The position numbers were made by a program, and so were the translations under genes. Shown piece after piece: positions 14,978 to 20,477 of a stretch of DNA of 20,477 nt. Below the pieces are notes generated by a model, which saw nothing but the letters and a program-made list of their open reading frames with translations, was not told the DNA's origin and did no database searches. Origin of the DNA: a virus (taxonomy: Duplodnaviria > Heunggongvirae > Uroviricota > Caudoviricetes); the IMG/VR virus record IMGVR_UViG_2703718852_000002, positions 1 through 20,477 of that record; one strand, 5' to 3'. Every line of letters begins with the position of its first letter. Within the stretch, counting starts at the first letter, position 1.

Positions 14978-15734
14978 GCCCGTGTTCCAGTGGATTGGCG
15001 ACAAAGTGCAGGCGCTGTGGGGCTGGTTTACTGATCTGCTGACGCCCGTTAAGTCGACCTCTGCCGAACTGCAGAGCGCAGCGGCAATGGGGCGGCGATT
15101 CGGGGAGGCACTGGCGGAAGGGCTGAATATGGTCATGCATCCGCTGGACTCCCTGAAATCCGGCGTTTCCTGGTTGCTGGAGAAGCTCGGCATTGTCAGT
15201 AAAGAGGCCGCAAAGGCAAAACTGCCGGAAAGCGTGACGCGTCAGCAACCTGCGACGGTGAATGCAGACGGTAAAGTGATGATGCCATCGGGTGGTTTTC
15301 CATCATGGGGATATGGCTTTGCGGGGATGTATGACAGCGGCGGGTATATCCCGCGCGGGCAGTTTGGCATCGTCGGTGAAAACGGGCCGGAAATTGTTAA
15401 CGGCCCGGCAAATGTGACCAGCCGGAGAAATACAGCTGCACTGGCTGCCGTTGTTGCCGGAATGATGGGCGTTGCTGCCGCGCCAGCAGAGCTTCCACCG
15501 TTGCACCCTTTGGCACTTCCCGCGAAAGGTGGAGAAGCAATTGTGAGTCGCGCAGCCACTGTGCCGCTCGTTCAACGGATTGAGGCACCGACGCAGATCA
15601 TCATTCAGACGCAGCCAGGACAAAGTGCGCAGGATATTGCGCGGGAGGTGGCACGCCAGCTTGATGAACGTGAACGCAGGCTGAAGGCAAAAGCCAGGAG
15701 TAACTACAGCGATCAGGGGGGATACGACGCATGA
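14490..15734 (+). pseudogene. T: Tape-measure protein gpT, 5'-truncated (C-terminal ~414 codons)
   Basis: Ala/Gly/Leu-rich periodic PLALLRRGL / PVALLRSGL / PLAVLRGGL units, then ...GGYIPRGQFGIVGENGPEIV..., typical of P2 gpT. There is no credible start (TTG only). Followed by U with an ATGA overlap. Confidence 0.8.
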
Positions 15735-16216
15735 TGATGGTGCTGGGATTGTACGTGTTTATGCTGCGCACCGTTCCGTATCAGGAACTGCAGTATCAAC
15801 GCAGCTGGCGACATGCGGCAAACAGTCGGGTAAACCGACGTCCGTCCACGCAGTTTCTGGGACCGGAAAACGACATGCTGACGCTTTCCGGTGTTCTTAT
15901 GCCGGAAATAACAGGCGGCAGGCTGTCGTTGCTGGCACTGGAGCAGATGGCAGAACAGGGGAAAGCATGGCCCCTGATTGAAGGCAGCGGCACGATTTAC
16001 GGCATGTATGTGATTGAGGGACTGAATCAGACTAAAACGGAGTTTTTCCGCGACGGTATGCCGCGCCGGATTGAGTTCACCCTGTCGCTCAAACGAGTGG
16101 ATGAATCCCTGTCCGATATGTTCGGTGATCTCAGTGCGCAACTGAATAATCTGCAGGACACGGCAACGTCTGCCTTAAGCGATATCAGTAAAACGGTGGG
16201 AGGGCTGCTGTCGTGA
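15731..16216 (+). CDS. U: Tail protein gpU (161 aa)
   Basis: MMMVLGLYVFMLRTVPYQELQYQRSWRHAANSRV...GKAWPLIEGSGTIYGMYVIE closely parallels P2 gpU. Confidence 0.9.
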   Translation: MMMVLGLYVFMLRTVPYQELQYQRSWRHAANSRVNRRPSTQFLGPENDMLTLSGVLMPEITGGRLSLLALEQMAEQGKAWPLIEGSGTIYGMYVIEGLNQTKTEFFRDGMPRRIEFTLSLKRVDESLSDMFGDLSAQLNNLQDTATSALSDISKTVGGLLS

Positions 16217-17313
16217 ATTTCAGCTCTGAACTGCTTAACAAAGGCAACAAAACTCCCGCATTCAGCATCAGTATTGAGGGCAGGGATATCACCACTGTGC
16301 TGGATAACCGCCTGATGAGTTTGACGCTGACGGATAACCGGGGCTTTGAAGCGGACCAGCTTGATCTGGAGCTGGATGACGCTGACGGAAAAATCGTGCT
16401 GCCGCGCCGTGGTGCGGTTATTACGCTGGCGCTGGGCTGGAAGGGGCAGCCGCTTTTCCCGAAAGGGGCATTCACAGTGGACGAGATTGAACACACTGGC
16501 GCACCGGACCGCCTGACTATCCGGGCGCGAAGTGCTGATTTTCGGGAAACGCTGAATACCCGCCGTGAAAAATCGTGGCATAAGACCACCGTCGGGGAAG
16601 TGGTGAAGGAAATAGCCGCGCGGCACAAGCTGAAGATGGCACTGGGTAAAGACCTGTCGGATAAGCCCGTGGAGCATATAGACCAGACTAATGAGAGTGA
16701 CGGCAGTTTTCTGATGCGGCTGGCGCGACAGTACGGTGCCATCGCGTCGGTGAAAAATGGCAATCTGTTATTCATCCGGCAGGGGCAGGGCAAAAGCGCC
16801 ACTGGTAAACCTCTGCCAGTGATCACTATCACACGCAAGGACGGCGACAGTCACCGATTTACCCTGGCAGATCGCGGAGCCTACACGGGCGTAATTGCCA
16901 GCTGGTTGCATACCCGCGAACCTGCGAAGAAAGAAAGCACCACGGTGAAGCGTAAGCGCAGAACTAAGAAGCAGAAGAAAGAGCCAGAAGCGAAGCAGGG
17001 CGATTACCTGGTGGGTACGGATGAAAACGTGCTGGTACTTAATCGCACTTATGCCAACCGGAGCAACGCCGAACGAGCGGCGAAAATGCAGTGGGAACGC
17101 CTGCAACGCGGCGTTGCGTCATTTTCGCTACAACTGGCAGAAGGGCGGGCAGATCTCTACACGGAAATGCCTGTGAAGGTCAGTGGTTTTAAACAGCCGA
17201 TAGATGATGCGGAATGGACCATTACGACTCTGACACATACTGTCAGCCCGGATAATGGTTTTACGACCAGTCTGGAGCTTGAAGTGAGGATTGATGATTT
17301 CGAAATGGAATGA
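16213..17313 (+). CDS. D: Tail/late-control protein gpD (366 aa)
   Basis: ...LTLTDNRGFEADQLDLELDDADG...RARSADFRETLNTRREKSWH...VKVSGFKQPIDDAEWTITTLTH parallels P2 gpD. GTG start overlaps the U stop. Confidence 0.9.
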   Translation: MNFSSELLNKGNKTPAFSISIEGRDITTVLDNRLMSLTLTDNRGFEADQLDLELDDADGKIVLPRRGAVITLALGWKGQPLFPKGAFTVDEIEHTGAPDRLTIRARSADFRETLNTRREKSWHKTTVGEVVKEIAARHKLKMALGKDLSDKPVEHIDQTNESDGSFLMRLARQYGAIASVKNGNLLFIRQGQGKSATGKPLPVITITRKDGDSHRFTLADRGAYTGVIASWLHTREPAKKESTTVKRKRRTKKQKKEPEAKQGDYLVGTDENVLVLNRTYANRSNAERAAKMQWERLQRGVASFSLQLAEGRADLYTEMPVKVSGFKQPIDDAEWTITTLTHTVSPDNGFTTSLELEVRIDDFEME

Positions 17314-17338
17314 TTCTTCGCAATGGAGAACTTTTAAG

Positions 17339-17366
17339 TTTGCAAAATGGAATAATGCGGTATCAT
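17339..17366 (+). promoter_or_regulatory. ogr promoter candidate TTTGCA-16 nt-TATCAT
   Basis: Hexamers at 17339-17344 and 17361-17366, about 40 nt upstream of the ogr ATG. Confidence 0.4.
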
Positions 17367-17403
17367 TATTGTGAATTTAGCAAAAATGGGGAGAGCTCGA
17401 AAA

Positions 17404-17622
17404 ATGATGATTTGCCCACTGTGTGGAAGTGCCGCCCATACTCGCAGCAGTTTTCAGGTATCTTCATTGACCAAAGAGCGTTACAACCAGTGCCAGAACA
17501 TTAACTGCAGCCATACTTTTGTTACCCATGAAACTTTTGTTCGTTCGATTGCAACGCCAAAAGAGTCAAATCCGGTTCAGCCGCATCCAATGAAATCAGG
17601 ACAGGTGGCGCTCTCTCTTTGA
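17404..17622 (+). CDS. ogr: Ogr/B-type zinc-finger late-gene activator (72 aa)
   Basis: MMICPLCGSAAHTRSS...KERYNQCQNINCSHTF matches the Ogr/Delta/186-B CxxC...CxxxxC pattern and the 72-aa length. The track ORF start at 17371 is an extension. Confidence 0.9.
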   Translation: MMICPLCGSAAHTRSSFQVSSLTKERYNQCQNINCSHTFVTHETFVRSIATPKESNPVQPHPMKSGQVALSL

Positions 17623-17645
17623 CGCTGCCGCCATTTTGTCGCCAT
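17623..17645. repeat. Right copy of candidate att core (CGCTGCCGCCATTTTGTCGCCAT), immediately after the ogr stop
   Basis: 21 of 23 identical to 19-41. In P2-like phages attP lies between ogr and int, so this position is expected. Confidence 0.55.
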
Positions 17646-17701
17646 CGTTAAAAAACAGTGTTTCTAACATCATGATTTTAAACAGCTTAAATTTCAGGCA
17701 A

Positions 17702-17746
17702 CAAAAAACCCATCAACCTTGAACCGAAATGGCGGGGTTGATGGGC
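17702..17746 (-). terminator. Rho-independent terminator downstream of ybjL
   Basis: CCCATCAACC...GGTTGATGGG stem (10 bp, 17-nt loop), followed on the minus strand by TTTTTTGT. About 110 nt after the ybjL stop. Confidence 0.5.
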
Positions 17747-17857
17747 TCCACAAAATGGGGACATCAAAGAAAAGCAGTGGCACTAATTAAGACTGATGCC
17801 CTGCGGAAAAGTTCTGCGGTTGTGCAAAAAAATTTCATTTTCAGGGCAACTTCAGTT

Positions 17858-19543
17858 TTATCCTAATCCTGGCCATACCATGACGATGATTGTCCCTGCC
17901 AGCGTCAGCAGGACGTTGGCGATTGCATAGGTGCCCGCATAGCCCAGCGCCGGGATGTTACTGCGAGCTGTATCACTGATGATCTCCATTGCCGGCGCGC
18001 AGGTACGTGCGCCCATCATTGCGCCGAACAACAGCGCGCGGTTCATTCGCAATACATAAGCACCGAACAAGAAACAGATAACCACGGGCACCAGACTGAC
18101 AATCAATCCGGCAATCAACATCTGACCGCCAATCGCGCCCAGGCCGTTATTAATACCGCTACCGGCGCTCAGACCAACGCCTGCCATAAACACCATCAAG
18201 CCGAACTCTTTCACCATGCTTAATGCACCCTGCGGAATGTAACCGAAGGTCGGGTGGTTAGCACGCATAAAGCCCAGCATAATTCCGGCGAATAACAACC
18301 CGGCAGCGTTCCCCATGCCGAAACTGAATGTGCTGAACTGGAAGGTGATCATCCCGATCATCAGCCCAATAACAAAGAAGGCGCAGAATGCCAGCAGGTC
18401 AGTGACCTGGCTGTGAATCGAGATAAAGCCGATGCGATCGGCGATGGTTTTTACGCGGCGGGCATCGCCGCTGACTTGTAAAACGTCACCTTTGTTAAGC
18501 ACGACGTTGTCATCTATCGGCATCTCAATCTGGCTACGAATGACGCGGTTAAGGAAGCAACCGTGATCGGTCAACTTCAGTTGTGCGAGACGTTTACCTA
18601 CAGCGTTATGGTTTTTAACGACCACTTCTTCAGTGACGATACGCATGTCGAGAAGGTCACGATCGAAAACTTCTTTACCGTTACGGAAGCTGGGATCGAG
18701 TCGGGCATGGGCGTCGGGATAGCCTACCAACGCTATTTCATCGCCCATTTGTAGCACGGCATCACCGTCTGGATTTGCCAGAATCCCGTTACGTCGAATA
18801 CGTTCAATGTAGCAGCCGGTTTGTCGATAAATACCCAGTTCACGCAGATTTTTGCCGTCGGTCCAGGCCACCAGTTCCGGGCCGACGCGATAGGCGCGGA
18901 TCACCGGTAAATAAACCTTACGGTTGGCATCAGTGTCCAGGCCACGTTCGCGGGCGATTTGCTGGGCGCTGGTCTGTAAGTCCTGATGCTGCAATTTCGG
19001 CAAGTAACGCGCACCAACAATCAAACTCACCAGACCGATTAAATAGGTTAAGGCATACCCGAGGCTCAGATTATCCAGTGCCAGTGAGAGCTGCCTGCTT
19101 TCCATGCCGGAATGACGCAGTGTATCGCCAGCACCGACCAGAACCGGTGTCGACGTCATAGAGCCTGCTAACATACCGGCCGTCAGGCCAATATCCCAGC
19201 CAAACAGCTTACCTAACCCTAAGGCGATCACCAGCGCACTGCCAACCATCACCAGTGCTAACATTAGGTAATTTTTCCCATCGCGAAAAAAAATGGAAAA
19301 AAAGTTCGGTCCGGCTTCGACCCCGACGCAGAAAATAAACAGCATAAAGCCAAGATTAAGCGCATCGGTGTTAATGCTGAAATGTTGTTGGCCTAATAAC
19401 AGCGATACGACTAAAACGCCAATGGAATTACCCAGTTGGATCGAACCAAGTCGTAACTTTCCGAGACATAGCCCAAGCGCGAGGACCACAAATAATAACA
19501 GAATGTAATTCCCATTTAACAATTCGGCGACGTTTATATTCAC
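17858..19543 (-). CDS. ybjL: Putative transporter YbjL (AAE / YidE-YbjL family, 561 aa)
   Basis: [42 protein letters not shown]... recognised as E. coli YbjL. Two membrane halves are separated by two RCK_C-like soluble repeats. Confidence 0.9.
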
Positions 19544-19812
19544 GGAGGCTAACTTCTTGTTTACTAGTAAGCTGTTGAAAGAAATGGTAATTTACGATAA
19601 TGTTTTTTACCAGAATTCAGGGCGCAGATTCATTCAGCGCACCTAAACGATAGTAAAGTAACAATATATTTTACTAGTGTAATCACATTAGGTATCAACG
19701 GCTATATGAATTGCGTTGGCCTATATTAGCATGGAATGCGAAGCGGCTTTATCTTACTGAACGCCACACTGGCGAAAAATGTGTTCGATAGACGCAGTGT
19801 CAGGAGGAACGA

Positions 19813-20190
19813 GTGAAACATAAACAACGTTGGGCGGGGGCAATCTGCTGTTTTGTCCTCTTCATTGTGGTGTGCCTTTTTCTGGCGACGCACATGAAAG
19901 GCGCTTTTCGGGCTGCCGGGCATCCTGAAATCGGCTTGCTATTTTTCATTCTTCCTGGAGCAGTCGCCAGCTTCTTTTCACAGCGTAGAGAAGTCCTGAA
20001 ACCTCTGTTTGGCGCAATGCTGGCGGCACCCTGTTCGATGCTCATTATGCGGCTGTTTTTTTCACCGACGCGCTCATTCTGGCAAGAGCTGGCATGGTTA
20101 CTAAGCGCGGTGTTCTGGTGTGCGCTGGGGGCACTGTGTTTCTTATTTATCAGTAGTTTGTTTAAACCACAGCACAGAAAAAATCAGTAA
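19813..20190 (+). CDS. ybjM: Inner membrane protein YbjM (125 aa)
   Basis: GTG start preceded by AGGAGG. Hydrophobic 125-aa protein between ybjL and grxA, as in E. coli K-12. Confidence 0.8.
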   Translation: MKHKQRWAGAICCFVLFIVVCLFLATHMKGAFRAAGHPEIGLLFFILPGAVASFFSQRREVLKPLFGAMLAAPCSMLIMRLFFSPTRSFWQELAWLLSAVFWCALGALCFLFISSLFKPQHRKNQ

Positions 20191-20209
20191 AGCCCTCAAC
20201 GCGAGGGCT
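20191..20209. terminator. Shared hairpin between convergent ybjM and grxA
   Basis: AGCCCTC-AACGC-GAGGGCT. On the minus strand it is followed by TTTACTGATTTTTT. Confidence 0.5.
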
Positions 20210-20219
20210 TGTCAGACGA

Positions 20220-20477
20220 TCAGGCGTCCAGATTTTCTTTCACCCATGCAGCAAAATCGGTATAGCCGCCGATATGTTGCTGATCGACAAAAATCTGCGG
20301 CACGGTTTCTACGGGTTTACCTGCCTTTTGTTGTAGATCTTCTTTAGTGATCCCTTCCGCACGAATATCTACATACTGATACTGAAAATCATCGCGTTCA
20401 TTGCTCAATTTCTCAGCCAGATCTTTTGCACGCACACAGTAAGGGCAACCCGAACGACCAAAAATAACGGTTTGCAT
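20220..20477 (-). CDS. grxA: Glutaredoxin 1 (85 aa)
   Basis: MQTVIFGRSGCPYCVRAKDLAEKL... with the CPYC active site; recognised as E. coli GrxA. The ATG is at the window end. Confidence 0.95.
   Translation of the reverse strand: MQTVIFGRSGCPYCVRAKDLAEKLSNERDDFQYQYVDIRAEGITKEDLQQKAGKPVETVPQIFVDQQHIGGYTDFAAWVKENLDA

Larger units (their letters stand above)
19..17645. mobile_element. Defective P2/186-family prophage bounded by a 23-bp imperfect direct repeat; immunity, replication, cos, cargo and ogr retained, most head/lysis/tail genes deleted
   Basis: Gene order int-cI / apl-cII-...-A-tum/dinI-cos-[cargo]-Q'-'J-I-H'-'T-U-D-ogr follows the P2/186 prophage map with two gaps. The right flank is E. 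coli core ybjL-ybjM-grxA. Repeat copies lie at 19-41 and 17623-17645. Confidence 0.85.

Noticed and set aside
14435-15623. Several long minus-strand ORFs (252, 144, 105, 106 aa) across the tape-measure remnant
   Set aside because: Their Ala/Arg/Pro/Ser-rich low-complexity translations are typical of the antisense of a GC-rich tape-measure gene. They lack start contexts.
15713-16838. Minus-strand ORFs of 142, 216 and 217 aa over genes U and D
   Set aside because: These are shadow ORFs. The plus-strand frames match P2 gpU and gpD along their whole length.
17310-17504. 64-aa ORF overlapping the D stop, the ogr promoter and the ogr 5' end
   Set aside because: It is out of frame with ogr, has no RBS, and ogr homology explains the region.
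1-20477. Search for CRISPR arrays, tRNA/tmRNA at the att site, IS elements or retron-like ncRNA
   Set aside because: I saw no regularly spaced direct repeats, no cloverleaf-like sequence at either prophage end, no transposase ORF or terminal inverted repeats, and no reverse transcriptase ORF.

Overview
The window holds a ~17.6 kb defective P2/186-family prophage (about 19-17645) followed by Escherichia-type core genes ybjL, ybjM and grxA (17858-20477). The prophage keeps the integrase, a 186-like CI/Apl/CII switch, and an early operon with a TraR-type zinc finger, a Dam methylase and replication protein A. It also keeps a LexA-boxed Tum-like/DinI-like pair, a cos-like site and ogr. Two internal deletions removed nearly all morphogenesis genes. 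The first fuses a 5'-truncated portal gene Q to the 3' end of baseplate gene J (~12.21 kb). The second fuses tail-fibre gene H to the middle of tape-measure gene T (~14.49 kb). What survives intact between the cos-like site and the portal stop codon is an AT-rich 3.2 kb cargo island (8197-11387), which sits in the region of P2-like phages known to carry variable anti-phage genes. It has six genes. Three form a tightly coupled operon: a GNAT-like protein, a 193-aa unknown and an ASCH protein. A convergent adenylate-kinase-like P-loop gene follows. The last two are an operon of a second ASCH protein plus a two-TM AbiC-like membrane protein. I cannot match the recurring ASCH reader modules plus GNAT and kinase to any named defence system, so this is my main candidate for a novel system. 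Other observations are a 23-bp att-like repeat whose left copy lies inside the int 3' end, GATC clusters beside cos and in the switch region, overlapping face-to-face promoters inside the island, and a small secreted Cys-rich peptide gene between cI and int. All functional calls rest on reading the translations by eye; no searches were run.
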